Origin: Eukaryota sp. GEM-RC1
Taxonomy: Eukaryota
NCBI GenBank assembly: GCA_040285855.1
Contig: JAUFOQ010000016.1
Location: 930,001-994,000 of the forward strand
Length of the DNA stretch: 64,000 bases
Reading direction: 5' to 3'
The notes under the pieces were generated by a model. That model saw only the letters and a list, made by a program, of their open reading frames with translations, made no database searches and was not told where the DNA came from. Shown one piece after another: positions 1 through 15,227 of this stretch. How positions within the stretch are numbered: position 1 is the stretch's first letter; each line of letters starts with the position of its first letter. Position numbers and translations under genes: made by a program.

Positions 1-64
1 TTGGAGCAATGTTTATTGCGATATTGGAAAAGCAATATTGTTTTCACACCCCTGGTATGAAATG

Positions 65-395
65 CAGTGAACGCTAACACGTTCAAAAATCGAATCTAAC
101 ACGTGTTAACACGTGTTAACACGCGTGTTACGTGTTACGTGTTTGCGTTACAAGAATTTTTCCTGGTTTCTGGATCAATGATAAACAGCTCGTTTCTTCT
201 ACACATTCATCCCTACAATACCCTACAATCCTGTGGGGACTTCTAAAACGTTGTCTTTCATTCTTTTAGCAACAAAATAACATCTACACAACATTCAGAC
301 CGAATATGGTAACCGATATTTGCCTGTTAGAAATCAGCCAAAATTCCTAACACGCGTGTTACGTGTCAGGCCGTGTTACTTGTTGGCGTTCACTG
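65..395. mobile_element. hAT-type MITE (331 bp)
   Basis: TIRs CAGTGAACGCTAACA (65-79) and TGTTGGCGTTCACTG (381-395, one mismatch). Perfect 8-bp TSD ATGAAATG at 57-64 and 396-403. Internal palindromic AACACG(C)GTGTT subterminal repeats. Confidence 0.9.
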
Positions 396-1604
396 ATGAA
401 ATGTGTCAAAATTGTTGTGGAAACCAGACTACTGCACCGGCAGCAGTATAGTCTCACTGAGACTAATTTGTTACTGAGACTAATTTTGTACTGAGACCCT
501 CTCATTAGATAATTTAAAATATTTTGAACATCAAAATATGCCAAAAATAGCTGTGAAATTAATATAATGAAAAACAAATAAAAACCAAACATCTTATTAG
601 TACATTTTCTCTCAGTCACTAATCGATGAATGCACAATCCATTTGATCATCCCTTTCTTGTCGAAATAGGTTAAGTTACTTTCTGCTTCGTGTAAGTGTT
701 CTAACGGTGTCGCCATTCCATAGAGATCTTCAAAATTAGTTCAATATTCAGCATCGTAGACGACCATGAGAATCGTTCATTGATCATATGCCCGGATACA
801 GTCGTTGGATTGGCTTAAGAACACAGGTAAAAGCTCGTCTGCATCGGTTAGGTTCGACATTGAAATGGCAAAGTTTGAGGAAAAATGTCTCAACTTTGAT
901 TTTTGGCTGAACTTGAGTATTTCACACATCATGTTTCAAGTCAATCAACAACCTTGAGCACTAAATTAACTCAGGCACTATGTAGATCAATGAAGTTTAC
1001 TTTCCGACATTCTATTTATATTAATGTATATTTTGTTTTATTTGCATGATCCTGAAAAGTTGCAAAAATAAATATACATGTAAATATAAATAGGAATAAA
1101 TATTCATAAATAGAAATTATATTTATCTATGAGGATCCCTGAGTGAGATTAATTATGTCCTGAAATATCTTTGTTGTATATGTTTAATATGTACAGTATT
1201 CATAAATTTCATTTAAAACAGAAATCGTCTATCCTCTAACAACAACCACTTCTATTAAATTCCTGTTCATCATTACAGGTTTTAAATTCCATTTTTCAAA
1301 CGAACTACGGTTCCTCTTTTATTCTGAATGATATGTTACGCACCCTATATTTGTATCGTTCACATTTGGTCTCGGACTCTATTATTCATTGTTGTAAGGT
1401 GTCGTTGGACACTGTAAGTCAAGTTTTACGAAGTACAGCAGGCAAAAGCAATCAATGTGGTCACCGCATTCTTCACCTTGGAGTCAGGTTTTAATTACAA
1501 AGATTGTCATCATAATTTGAATGTTTTTGCAAAACAAAACTAGTGATCAAAAAGTGGGGTTTATGATCAATCAGTGAAATCAATGCATTTGCAGAAATCA
1601 ATAA

Positions 1605-2260
1605 CTAACAGACACTAACTAAAGTATCTAAACTATGATCCTTCTGTCCATCACCGAACAACTTACCTGAAATTGAATTAAAATGTCTGTGCATTGAACG
1701 AAACAACGCAAATCTTACCCTACTCAACCAAATAATTTCATTGAAAACTTTACCATACTCAGAACACAATTTACCAAAGGAAGTTAAAAAACCTTGTGCA
1801 GCTGGTCCAACATGACCGTATATCGACATCGCAAAAGGTTGAAACACAAAAGAATTGTACCTGTCAACATTCAATTGGTTAATTAAGTGACAGTACTTTG
1901 TGTTTTTTCCTTTTTCAGCCACTTCAAGAGCAAAAAAATCATCAAAAATTTTGGAAATTGATCTTGAATCAATTAACAGTTGAGAAATTCATGATAATTT
2001 CCTGACAAGATAACCAAGGACCAATCAAATCACTACGACCTCTATCAACTTTTGGCTGATCAAAAAAATTAGCAAGTAAAGGTTCAATTTTTCCATCAAC
2101 ATCATATATATATGATCAAAACGGTTGCTTAATACTAGTTTGAATGTTCTTGTTAGGAGAAAACAGTGTGTATATTTAGTATTGGTGTGAACACACTTCT
2201 TTACGATGTTTAGTCGATAAATCAATAAAATACAGATTCAGCAGATTGTCAAATGCATTT
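1605..2260 (-). pseudogene. 3' remnant of an RLE-type (CRE/R2-like) non-LTR retrotransposon, restriction-like endonuclease domain
   Basis: AEKGKNTKY...FQPFAMSIYGHVGPAAQGFL matches the AE..K..KY...F.P...G..G..A..F tail of RLE endonucleases. The upstream frame has an R-S-D-L motif. Frames are broken and no RT is visible. Confidence 0.65.
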
Positions 2261-2424
2261 TGATGTTATTCAATTTAGTTAGAAGCCGCAAACCCATTAC
2301 GACTAATGAAACTGTACAATTACTAGCAAGTTAGGACAAGGTTGAATCAACCAGAACAAACCCAAAGAAGAATCATGATTCAGAATAATAGCATTGATCA
2401 TTTAATAGCAATTTCTCTAACAAA

Positions 2425-5303
2425 ATGGACTCGATTGTTGATGAACAACCAACTACCTCCGGTGGCTGTTCTGGTCCCCGACAATATCATCATGAGTTGG
2501 TTTCTCATCTCATATCTCGAATTCACGCTCTCAAATCAAATCCTACGGTATCCCTGGCAACCCGTCAAGTTTTTCAATCTGGACATCCTTACGAAAACAA
2601 TGAGAACACCTTAGGCCAATGTATTATCGAGGGCGCTGCTGAATTAGAAATCTCATTTGATCCATCTTGCGCTACAGAACAGGGCTGCGATGTTCTCCGC
2701 TTCTTCTCTGACTCATCTCGTGAGAACTGCCTTACTTCTGCTTCTGGATCTATCGGTAACAGCTGCTGGAAGGACGTCCTCAAAGTGCCGGGAAATTCCG
2801 TCTTCTGGTCCTTTAAGTCTGACTCTTCTGTTGTAGACTGGGGTTATAAGTTCATCGTAACTCCTATAATGAAGAAGAACTTCTCCCCACAAGGTCAGTT
2901 TGGATTAATGCTGTTGGATTCGCTTATTAATATTCCCATTGATGAGCAGAATTATCAACAAATGACAAAGTACTATGAAAATCCTACTATTTTAGAGGCA
3001 TTGGCAAACTTACTAGTGCATAATTGTACAGAAACGGCAGACGTTTTGTCACGGTCGCTGGTTGAAATGACGTGTAAATTCTTTACAAATGTTTTAAAAA
3101 TCTCCACTTTCTGCCCTACTCTTGAAATTCCCGTACACACATTTTCCTGTGTTTTAGACAAATTTGAAGATTCTTTTGTTTCCCTGTTAAAACAATCTTC
3201 CAGTACTCTACTCTCGTCAGTTTACAGACTAGAGCCTATTGTCTTTTGTAATGCGTATATTGAACTCTCTACAAATTTAAAACCGTTACAATTTAAAAAT
3301 ACACGGTTGAGGTACTTAAATGACGGTTTCCTGAGTCCTGGAATTTTGTTTATGTTGTCTGAATTTTTTGAATCTAAAGTTTTGAAAAATCCAATGTTTC
3401 TGGCCAAATCTGTCTACACGTACAATCAAAAACACTTTGTCATGTTGGAGTCACCCCATCCCTATGAAAATTCCTCCTCTTATTGTGCAAAAGTTGAATT
3501 TCCAGAAGATTTCGACAAAATTCAAATTTTCATTGATCCTCTTACCAGAACGGAAAGAAACTGTGATGAAGTTAAGATCTCTGATCGTAGTAATCAACTG
3601 TTCAATTGGAGTGGTGATGACTTTCCCTCTTTCGGCTGTGGTTGAAGGTCGCTTTCTGAAAGTAGAGTTCAGGACTGATTCGTCCGGAACTGATTATGGT
3701 TTTAAAATGTTTGTTTGTCCGCTTGTCTCACATACTATTGATGAAAAGAACGTCACTGCAATGGCCAACAATTTTGAATCTCATCTTACCCCTAAAATTT
3801 TAAATTCCTTTGTAAAATTCTATTCCGAACTTAGTGACAAAAGAAGGGAATCGTATCGCTTGATGAAGTAGTTGTTGACGCTACTGTTGAACAAGACGGT
3901 CAGTCTGTTGCATCAGTTGACCCCCACTCACCTGAAGTTCAATCATTAATCCAAGAGACTTTAAAAGACTTTCCCCTTTTGGTGGAATTACCAGCTGGTG
4001 TGCTATCTAATTTGTGGACTTTAATTCGGTTTCTCTCCATGCACATTCAAATGATTCTTCCCTTTATTGATTTGTCAACGTTTTCATCTTCAAAAGAGAA
4101 CTCTTTGTCAGGAATCCTAGTCTCTCTTAAGTCTGTAATGACGAAAAGGCTCAGAAATGACGTGTTTGTTGGAGAAATGTCAAGAACTTCACGTGATAAC
4201 AAACCCAGTATTAGACTATCGCGTACTCTGGATGGTATATCTGTGTTTGAACAACTCTCAAGTCAATTAAAGTCAATTCCTGGTGAGAATCTGTCTCATT
4301 CATCACATTCCTTTTCAGTAGATCTCGACAATGAGTCTGCTCAAGATGCTGGTGGCGTGTTCAGAGAAGTTCTATGTCACGCAGTTGACGATCTTTTAAA
4401 TTTTGAGAGTAATTTGAATATTTTCACTCCAACTCCTAACTCAGTTGAAGGTGTTGGAACCCTCCAAGATGCAGTCATATTCAATTTGAATAGTTTCAAT
4501 TCTGATCATTTAATCACTTTGGGAAAGCTGATTGGTATAGCTATTAGAACAGCAAATCATCTATCTTTTTGTCTGCCTCCATTCTTTTGGAAGAAGTTAG
4601 TTGGCTCGTCTGTCACTCTTGCTGATTACAGTGAAATTGATTACTACCAATCATTTTTGATTGATTCGCTCTCTGATGACAAAATCTTCACTCATGACCA
4701 GTCACTAACAAAAGACAATTTTGCTGATCTAATTGATCATGAATTTGGTGTTAAATTAGCTTCAGGAGATTTCTCCAACTTGTCATCTCATTATAATACC
4801 ATCACTTATTCAAACAAAGCAGAATACGTTGAACTTGCTAAGGAGGTGCTCTTTGCGCAGTTTGACCGCCACATTGAGGAGATACAGAAGGGTCTGACGG
4901 GAATTATTCCTCTTTATCTTTTGTCTTTGCTCACTTATAGTGATATTGAAGTAATGGTTTGTGGAGATCCTGTCATTGATATTGCTCGTTTAAAGTCTAT
5001 AACTCATTATGGAAAAGGTGGCTTCCACCCAAACTCTCCATATGTTTTAATGTTTTGGTCTGTGCTAGAATCCTTTTCTCAAGTTCAGCGTCAACTCTTC
5101 CTAAGGTTTGTGTGGGGAGGACTAAACTGCCTTTGAGAGGCGGATCTAGGTTCAACTTGGTGGATAGAGATGGTGTTGGGTTGCCAACGTCTGCTACTTG
5201 TTTCTTCCAGTTGTGTTTGCCACGTGGATATTCGTCACAGGAGGAGATGAGAACCAGATTGCTGTTTGCTATTGAAGCTTGCACAAATATTGATGCAGAT
5301 TAA
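2425..5303 (+). CDS. HECT E3 ubiquitin ligase with two CUB-like repeats (split by frameshifts near 3630, 3845 and 5120)
   Basis: ESAQDAGGVFRE, FWSVLESFSQVQRQLFLRFVWG and catalytic LPTSATCFFQLCLP. Repeated SGHPYEN/SPHPYEN...F.SD.S..D.G.KF modules. The true 5' end is uncertain. Confidence 0.85.
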
Positions 5304-5454
5304 AGGGTTAGTGTAAATAAAACAATTTTGATATCGTTTTCGAATACTCGTTTGACACAACTGTTGCTCCATCAGTTCTACATTTGAACACATAATTAGA
5401 GAGAAGATTGTTCTGTTCAATCAGTTGTTTAGTGTTGGACTTGACATTGGAAAA

Positions 5455-6126
5455 ATGGAAATTGTCAATTTCAAACCAGAACACTTCCACACCACACGTC
5501 TTTTCTCAACACTCGCACGTGTGTCACATATGCCTCTTCAAGATGTTAAATCCTCACACCCTGTATATAAGTATGTCTCCCCCGACCCCAATTCTACAGC
5601 CACTCATGCTGCAAGAGCTGTAGTTTGTGATTTTTGCAGCAATTCAATGAAAGGCACTTGCTATCGCTTCGTCGGACATTTCCTTGCTGACTACCGTAAC
5701 CGAGGCGTCGGTCTGTGTGAAGAACTTACTGGTCACGAAGATGCTATTAAGGAGATCCTTGAATTTGAACAGCAACGCACTGCTGACCCTGCTCCAAAAC
5801 GTAGGTCATCCTCCACTTCCTCAAAGTCTGCTAAAACACCGGCCAAACTTGTTAAGAAGGTTGAAGATGAACAAGTCCCCTTTGAATCTGCAGATGAATG
5901 GACGCTCTCCGTTAACACAGAACTTCTGTCCTTTCTACATTCCACAAATCTCCCCCTGGAGTTTCTAAATGTTCCGACATTCAAAAATTTCGTCGCGGCT
6001 ATGTCAAGACACTCTCGTTATCCGTATCATCTGCCTTCAGTTGAAGAACTCAATCTGTTGAAACTTCAATTAGATCAAGACTATCAAGCTCACTATGCTT
6101 TTCTTGGAGGTAATGATACCGTTTAG
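5455..6126 (+). CDS. BED zinc-finger protein derived from a hAT transposase N-terminus (no catalytic domain)
   Basis: VYKYV...CDFC...RFVGHFL...C is a BED-like finger. FLHSTNLPLEFL...FKNFVAAM...YHLPS resembles the segment preceding DUF659 in hAT transposases. Confidence 0.55.
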   Translation: MEIVNFKPEHFHTTRLFSTLARVSHMPLQDVKSSHPVYKYVSPDPNSTATHAARAVVCDFCSNSMKGTCYRFVGHFLADYRNRGVGLCEELTGHEDAIKEILEFEQQRTADPAPKRRSSSTSSKSAKTPAKLVKKVEDEQVPFESADEWTLSVNTELLSFLHSTNLPLEFLNVPTFKNFVAAMSRHSRYPYHLPSVEELNLLKLQLDQDYQAHYAFLGGNDTV

Positions 6127-6493
6127 TTGTTGTTGTTTAAGATTTTTGTGTAATTTTTTGTCATTCGGTTCTTTTTTATTTTGACATGCAGACTCTAGAT
6201 GTTTCTTCATTTTGTTTAGATTCTGATTCATAAATTTGTTAATTTTTCAAGTGCTTTGATAGTGAAACGGGACTTTGTTTTGCTGGCTTGGATTACATCT
6301 ACTAATAGCGGTAAAGTTTAACTCGCTCAGTATTTTAAAGAATAATACAATCAAATACTTCATACTTTCGCTGCTTGCATTGAGATCAATCGTGTTTTGG
6401 GACAATTACGATAGTATTTATTTCCATAAAAAATCCAAATTTGTCTTGAACACCCGAGACTCATATTACCTTCATTCTTCACACACGTACAAC

Positions 6494-9410
6494 ATGCATT
6501 CAGAGACCTTAATAAGGCTTCAACAATGTCTCTCTGTTGCTATGAATCCCACAAACTTCTCTGCAGAAGATCAACAATCTACACTCTCTTGGATTTCTTC
6601 CTTCAAGAACTCACCTGAAGCCTTAAGTTTATCCCTATCATACCTTGATCAAGTTTCTACAACACTATCATTCGTAAATGAGATTATCTTCTTCTTCCTT
6701 CAACAACTTACAACTCACCTATGTTCTTACACCTCTTCTAGTCAAATCCTTTCAGAAACTCAATGGTTAACTCTCCAACAATCTCTTTTCCGTCTCTATC
6801 CTTTGTTAAGCTCTGATTTTCCTAGATATCTGAGGACTAAAGTTGTTGTTTTATTGATTCATTTTATTCAAATCAGACTTAACACTCTCTCTTTCTGTCC
6901 ATTTGACTTCTTAAATCAACATTCAGGACTGGAACCAAACGATGAAGTAAAACAGGATAATTTCCTTATTTTTCACTATAATCTTGATGAAATTGTTATT
7001 GTTTACAATGAAGGCAGAGTTTCTGAAGAGATTCAGCAGAATATGTTAATCAAAGCTCATATCAAAGACTCGGAAACTGGAACAAAAATTCTGCACAAAC
7101 TTTGTCAACTTTTAGAATGTTCATCATCCTCGATTGTCCAATTGTCATTGAAAACTTTAGCCCAGTATTTTGGTTGGCTTGATCCTGTTAAATCATTGGA
7201 AACTTGTCTTCCAGCACTGGAGAATTTCTTCAAAAATTTTAAATTTGACAAAACTCATATTGATGTAATTATTTGTTATCTTTCTTGTTTTGAGGAGTTA
7301 CTTCACAAAAGATGCGAGTCTGAAACCAAGTATTTTATCATTTCTACAATTTTTTCAAAGTACAACAACTTAATTCTTCCGATTTTTCAAATGTTTCATG
7401 ATCAAGAAGAAGTTGTTGCTTCACTTTCTTCTTTGTTTTCTGAGGCTGTATTGTCAGTTTATAACTTAATTAAAGAGTCACCAAGTCAGTTGAATACAAA
7501 GGAACTTGTTGATGTTTTTTCCTTTGTTGTAGGCTTGTGTATTAAAATTTTTAAATTTGCTGGTTCAACTGTAAATTTGATTGTAGCCTTCAATTGTTGT
7601 TTAATTGAACAATTGAAAACTAATGGAAATTTTAAAAATGTAGTATTGGAGCAGTGGCTTCCCCAAATATATTCCGCTTCCTTAACACGCGTGTTGGTCA
7701 CTGAACAGGAATTTTTAAATTTCTCTGAAAATTTCTTTAGTCAATCAGCTGAAACTGATTCATTTTTTGCTTTCAGATTTTCCCTAAGTTCTTTCCTCAC
7801 CGTTTGTTTCCAAACATTCCAGGAACAGTCCTTGTACAACTGACTTTTTCTCATGGATGTTCACTGAAATTCAAAAAATTGTTAATATTTCAAATGTTGT
7901 TCAACAAGTAATATCAGCCGAAGCTTTAATTTTCTTTTTAAATACATATGTGGAATCTTTCCCGTATAATTCTCGTTCTAATGCAAATCTTACCTTTATT
8001 TCTGAGTTTTTAAACTCTTTCTTTATAGATTTCGTTACAAACCTTGATCATTCAGTTCTGTCAACTGTTTTTCTTGAGTTTTGTTCTAAAAACCCTTGGA
8101 TAGTCAATTGGTCCTCTGTTTTCCCCTTGTTCTTCACTTCATCCACAATTGCTTCTGAAAACACACTCATCTCCCATCATTTATGTTCTCTATTTTGTAG
8201 ATGCCTCTTTAAACTCAAGAAAATTAGTACTAATTTTGCCTCAAAGTATGGTAGTCTCTTAAGACCGTTGTTATCTCTTCTTGAGATGAAATTCAATTCA
8301 AATGCTGAGCTCAAAGTGATTTCTCCTCTAGTTCAATCATTTGGAGTACTTGCTTTGACTTCACAAGACCTATTTTCTTTGATTAATGGATTGATTGAAC
8401 CAGTGTCAGACAGAAATCCTCTCACTGGAGTTTGTTTATTAGTAGAGATGTTTAAAGGAGTTCCAAAGGATTTGAAGAAGTCGCTAGATGTAACAATTTT
8501 AGAAAGTTGTACGGCTAAGTATCTGAATTTTTTAAATTTTGAGGGAAATAATTCTCTGGATTTTGGCCTTTTCAAGTCCAAGTGTATTTCTTTGTTACAG
8601 GTGTTTTTAGATGTTTTTTCATCACTATCTTTGGAATCTTTACTACCTGCATTTATTGAAAAGTTTATTAGTTTAGGAAATCAAGCCAAGGATTTTGTTG
8701 AAATTTTAAAATTGTTAGAAAAATGCTGCGCACGTCATGTTCTCTCGTCTCAATTACTGCACCTTTTTTCGATTCTTTTTGTAAACGTTCAAAATTTAAA
8801 AATTCTGTCGACATCCTTAGATTGTGTTGAATATCCACCAAAATCTGAAATTGACCGAGAATCACACCTCCTCCGTTGTGAAATATTTGTCTTTTTAAAA
8901 TGTTTCTTTTCACAAGTATCTCCCATTAATGGTACCATCAATCCAACATTTCAGAATCATTTGAACACTTTACTTTCGGTTTCGTTGTCTTTATTGTTCT
9001 CTCAAGATTTGGCCTTAAGAAAAACTATTGTAATTTTTTCTTATTTTGTTTTTGAGCATTTGGATTCCTCAATCAAAGTCCAGTACATTCCTAGTTTGTT
9101 AGATATAGTTTTTAAATCACTATTCGTCCCCCCAATGAACCCTTCCCTTATTACACAGGATCCTGAAGTTGACGTGTTTGCTGGTGAAGTCTTCAATTTG
9201 ATTCTTCATTTGAACTGCTCTCAGGTTGTAAGAGATGTGTTTCTTTTACATTTTAAGCAAGTTTTGACTCAGTTTTGTAATCTTAGTGACATTTTTGACC
9301 CGCTGATTACTGAATTTAACCGTTTTCATTGCACAACTGAAAGCAAAGAGTTTCATGTTTTCAAACGAAATTTCAAACAATTTCTGTCCACTCTTCAACG
9401 AGTTTCTTAA
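6494..9410 (+). CDS. XPOT: Exportin-T / Los1-like importin-beta family protein (frameshift near 7845)
   Basis: PRYLRTKV, LDEIVI...RVSEEIQQNMLIKAHIKD and QYFGWLD resemble exportin-T. About 970 aa of helical HEAT-type sequence across two ORFs. Confidence 0.6.
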
Positions 9411-9570
9411 TTCAAATCAAACCAATCTTTCTTAGTTTTTTCTCCTTCATAATATCAAAATTTTTCAAAATTTCCTAGTTTTTTTTAATTATTTAAATCT
9501 ATTCATTTATTGACACAAAAACCTATCTTTAAGTTACGAAACTTCCAATAAATAATAATCCAAGCCGATA

Positions 9571-10950
9571 TCATCTTTTTTTAACATCGTTTGGGCTCTT
9601 ATTTAAAAGTAGAGCTAACCCCAAACTCAGAATCATTACAATCACACAAATACCAATATAAAACAACAAAGTCCTATGCATGCCAACATTTCCATCAGAT
9701 TCCAGACAACCTGCACAATTTTGGCAAGTCAATGATTTGTTTCTAAAAATAGGATACTCTGTACTCCAATCAAATGAATCAACATCGAAAAAAGAACTAA
9801 AATGTCCATAACTCTGTATAAAAGGCATTCCCAAACACTGCAGCTTCTTCTCCCCAGTAACATCTACCATTGGAGATAGAGCGAATGACGTGACGGGAGC
9901 AAGTCCTAGGGAGGGTAGTGTAACTGAAAGAGAAACGTTAGTAGCGGAGTGCAATTTAAAGTTATACTTTGAGTTTTTACTGTAATTCTGGCTAAACTCA
10001 AAGCCCTTATCAACTCTATTGATTACGTTGAATCCATCGTCATAATGATAACCTAATCCAAGTGAGTGTAACCAATGACCACGGACTGACGAAGAATACT
10101 TGAAAGCATCTTCAAAAACAAGGTTAACATCTGCTCGTTGTTTTAGAGAGAAGTCGAAGTGAAGGGGGATAGGAATCGGACCGAGGAAGAACCAAAAGGA
10201 GGAATGTTTAAGAGGAAATCCAAAGTTCAAAGATCTTGAAATGTTGCGTAGAGTCATGTCGAAATCAAAAGAGAGTTCAGCTTCCCCGGTTAGAATGAGC
10301 TCAAAGTCCTTTAAAGTCATGTAGGAGGTGTTGTAGAGAAGAGAAACAGAAGCGGAAACATACGCATATGGATTGGTGAAAACTAAAGAATTGAGATCAT
10401 CGGAAAAGTCAAAGGATTTCTTGATTAATGAGCTGTTGTTGACGTCATAGTTGAAACTGATTGAATAACGTTTCTCCGCATTAGTTTTATCCTTGGAGAT
10501 TGAAGTATTGACAAAACCTGTTTCAAGAACTTCATCTAGAGTTTTAGAAATGGTACTAATGAACAAGGTGGAAGGTGAATACTCAATAAAGGAAGAGATT
10601 GCAAGGCGAACATTAGAAGGCCTTGAAGTAGAGACATCAGACCAGGAAGAGAACATGATAATGAAGGGGCTTTGGAGTGACAGCAGTTTGTCACGGTATG
10701 GGAAGGAGTTGGAGAGAGAAATAAAGAGGAAATTAGATGATGATGAGGAAACATTGGTTATACCAGAGAAAAGGTCGAGGTTGAGAACTGGGTATTGGAA
10801 GCGGAAATGGTAGTCAGGACCCTGAACTTCTGAGAAGACAAGGTTGTCATTGTCAATGAGAGAGTGAGGATAGTGTGTGAGAGGGTGTGTAGGATGCAGG
10901 ATGGGTATTGCAGAAGCAAATGAGATTAACAGCAGTAGAACAGCTATCAT
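9571..10950 (-). CDS. Secreted or type-I membrane protein of unknown function
   Basis: 459-aa ORF with an N-terminal signal peptide, a beta-rich body with N-glycosylation sequons and a C-terminal TM helix. Confidence 0.7.
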   Translation of the reverse strand: MIAVLLLLISFASAIPILHPTHPLTHYPHSLIDNDNLVFSEVQGPDYHFRFQYPVLNLDLFSGITNVSSSSSNFLFISLSNSFPYRDKLLSLQSPFIIMFSSWSDVSTSRPSNVRLAISSFIEYSPSTLFISTISKTLDEVLETGFVNTSISKDKTNAEKRYSISFNYDVNNSSLIKKSFDFSDDLNSLVFTNPYAYVSASVSLLYNTSYMTLKDFELILTGEAELSFDFDMTLRNISRSLNFGFPLKHSSFWFFLGPIPIPLHFDFSLKQRADVNLVFEDAFKYSSSVRGHWLHSLGLGYHYDDGFNVINRVDKGFEFSQNYSKNSKYNFKLHSATNVSLSVTLPSLGLAPVTSFALSPMVDVTGEKKLQCLGMPFIQSYGHFSSFFDVDSFDWSTEYPIFRNKSLTCQNCAGCLESDGNVGMHRTLLFYIGICVIVMILSLGLALLLNKSPNDVKKR

Positions 10951-11141
10951 AATGAAGGCAGAAAAATGATATCAAAAAAGTTTGTAGGTCTCACCTCGAC
11001 TATGTGTGTATCGTTTATGGATGAAGCTGTTCAAAAACAACAGTCTCAAGCATTATGAATGTTTTTAGTCTTCTGTATGTAGTAGATGACAGCTCAATGA
11101 AGCGTTTATGAGACCAGAAAGCTAAATTTAACTTCAGAAAA

Positions 11142-12426
11142 ATGCAGTCCCCATCTTCTCATAACGGCCCTAGGCCGCTACGAGCACGTTCATCTACTCC
11201 GACTGGCAGACGTTCTGCAACGCCTGTTCGGCTGCACCAGGATACTTCTTCAGTACTTTCTGTTATTTCTCGCACACCACGATCCTCACGACCTTCTTCT
11301 GCATCTACTCGACGCAGTGCCTCTCCACTACCTCCCTGATCGTGGTATCGTTGCACGTGTACTTTCTAACTGTGCTACTGATGCTGATATACTCAATATG
11401 TCTTTAGATGATATTCAAATGATTCAATCAAACCAACGACGTGCCGAAGAAGGTCAAAAAAGAGCGAAACTACGACTGAAATTACGTGAACTAGAAGCTA
11501 AAAAACAACAAGAGGAAGCTGCAGAACTAGAACGCATAAGACAAGAGGAATTCAAACACAGAAGAACCAAGAAAGTAGCCTCTGCTCTTGTAAGTGAAGG
11601 AATTCTCACCGAACCTCCTCAACTAGTAGTCTCCTCGCAAGACTCTGAATCCCAAGTCCTCAAAGAATGGGATAAACTGCTGCATCAACGAGCGGAAAGT
11701 GCTAGAAGAAGCAGGACTCCCTCAAAGAAAGAAGAGGATTTCCGTCCTGATATGAAGCAGGTTAGAAGTACTTACAATGATGTCCTACGTCAATCTGCCG
11801 AGTCCTTCAAAAAGAGACCAGTCTCTGCTACTCGTGATAACAGACCCTTCTACGCTGGTTCTCCCTCTGTTGTCATTCCTTCAATGACGTCATCATCTAC
11901 TCCCATAGAAACTCCTGTTAAGCCTAGACTACCACCGGAAGCCAAGATCCGTCCTTCTTCTTCTAGCTCCCGAAGATCAAAACCTTTACAATTAAGAGAA
12001 GAACCTGTCGTTGTTTCCACTCCAAAATCACTACCCCCAGAAGCTAGAATGGGGATCAAAAAACCCAAACCTTCCTTGATTGAGCAGATCATTGGAGATG
12101 AAAGCCCTCAGACACCTGCTAGGACTCTGACAGTCGATGACCCTGCAAAAGGATTCTGGAGTCTAGGAAGAAGTATGGAAGACAAAGTGTTAAGTTTGCT
12201 AAGAAGTTGGAGGAAAAGAAGAAAAAAGTCACCTAAAGCTGATGAGCTTTTGGATTCTTTAAGAAGCTCTCAAAATAGGTTGTCCAGTTATTTAGCAACG
12301 AGTCCTGGGTTTTCTCTAGTTGATCATGTTACCAAGTCTGTGAGTATAAGGCAGGGTTATGCTAATGAACGAAATAATTTAGAGAATTTTGAAATATTTG
12401 ATTTGAGCGAAAGTGAAACAGATTGA
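11142..12426 (+). CDS. Ser/Pro/Arg-rich coiled-coil protein of unknown function (frameshift near 11335)
   Basis: Two overlapping ORFs of similar composition joined at a C-run. Confidence 0.6.
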
Positions 12427-12901
12427 TTGACCATATTGAATTATTGCTATTTTTTGGAGAATTGCTTTTTGTATAACTATTGTGTATTTTCTACTTTTTT
12501 GATCATCAAGTTATTTCATGAATATAATATAATAATAATTTTGGTCCATTTTTCTTTTGTTGGGTTATACAACAATGTTCGAGAACATCTACAAGGTGGT
12601 TTTCCCGAAGACACGTGGTTTAGTTTTTTCCCTTCGATATATTATAATCTATGTTTCAATTTGTTTGGAACAACACCATGTCCTTTTAAGATCTGGTGTG
12701 CACTTTACAAAACTCATTAACATTCTAATTCCGTTTTGACTACAATCGACATTCTAAAATTTACTTGAATTACTTTGGACAAATATCTCCTGGAAATAAA
12801 AAATCAGTAATTGTCGATTAATTGAGAAATTGTGCAAGTTTGGTGTGAAGGTTAATGTTGAAGAACGTAATCTTTTACCGGGTGGTGATGAAGTCGTTTG
12901 G

Positions 12902-12980
12902 ATTTTATCTTAGTATTATTTGTTTGATTTTACACTTTCATAGTTTTGTAGGAAGGTGCCTTATTGGGTGCCGAATAAAG
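12902..12980 (+). repeat. Dispersed copy of the approximately 85-bp spacer of the 28-kb minisatellite element
   Basis: TTAGTATTATTTGTTTG...CATAGTTTTGTAG...CCTTATTGGGTGCCGAATAAA matches 28250-28320 and 28537-28607. Confidence 0.8.
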
Positions 12981-13838
12981 TTTTGTTTTATTGTCATGAT
13001 ATAACATTGATAATACCATACCATAACCGTTAATCTGTTACTATGTCGTATTATTATTATTATATACAGCTGATCGCGAAGAAGAAGCGTGAATTTCTAT
13101 TATGCGAAACATCATCAAAATTTTTGAATTTGATTCGAAAACAATTCAGTTTGTGTGATGGACAATCTAAGAAACACATGAGATTATTTTGACATCATTG
13201 GTTTCGTTTTATCAATTGAATTGTGACATTGTAGTACTGATATTGTTGGAGCTGTTGGTAATTGATAAACAAGATCATGTCAATCTTTGAATCTAATAGT
13301 AAATATGTGGAATAAATATCATTTGTTACATATGAAATACTAATAGATACTATAGCTGTTGTGTTGTTAAGAATCACCATTGTTAAGAAGTGTTAAGTTT
13401 CTACATACAGTCGATGAGAAAAACCTTTGACTAGAAAGGAAATTTCAGTTGGAGACAAATATTTACATTGTTATTGCTCTTATATATAATTATACACCTG
13501 ATGAGTCTTTTCTTAAAATTGGATCCTCTGAACTTAGCGGTCAGTGAGTGATGACAAAATTCAAATCTAGAGATGAGGACACAAGGTACTATACGCTGCT
13601 TTGAATGAATGCACGCATGCTGTAGAATAATCGGTTCTAGATTTGCAAATCATTACAATGTTACTGTTTCAATTCACGTGAACAAGGTCCACTTTAATGG
13701 CGTGATATGGGGCATATCAGTAACTGACAAATTTAAGTTGAAACCGTAAGTGAAATTAGCTAAGCACTGTTGGCGACATATTAGGAGTAATGTAATGGTT
13801 TCAGAATTGGGCGGCAAGAATTCAATTCGAGATTCTGA

Positions 13839-15227
<1,389 letters not shown>

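Noticed and set aside
13495..13560. snoRNA or hammerhead (CTGATGAG, GTGATGA boxes)
   Set aside because: No matching GAAA core, terminal stem or verifiable guide.
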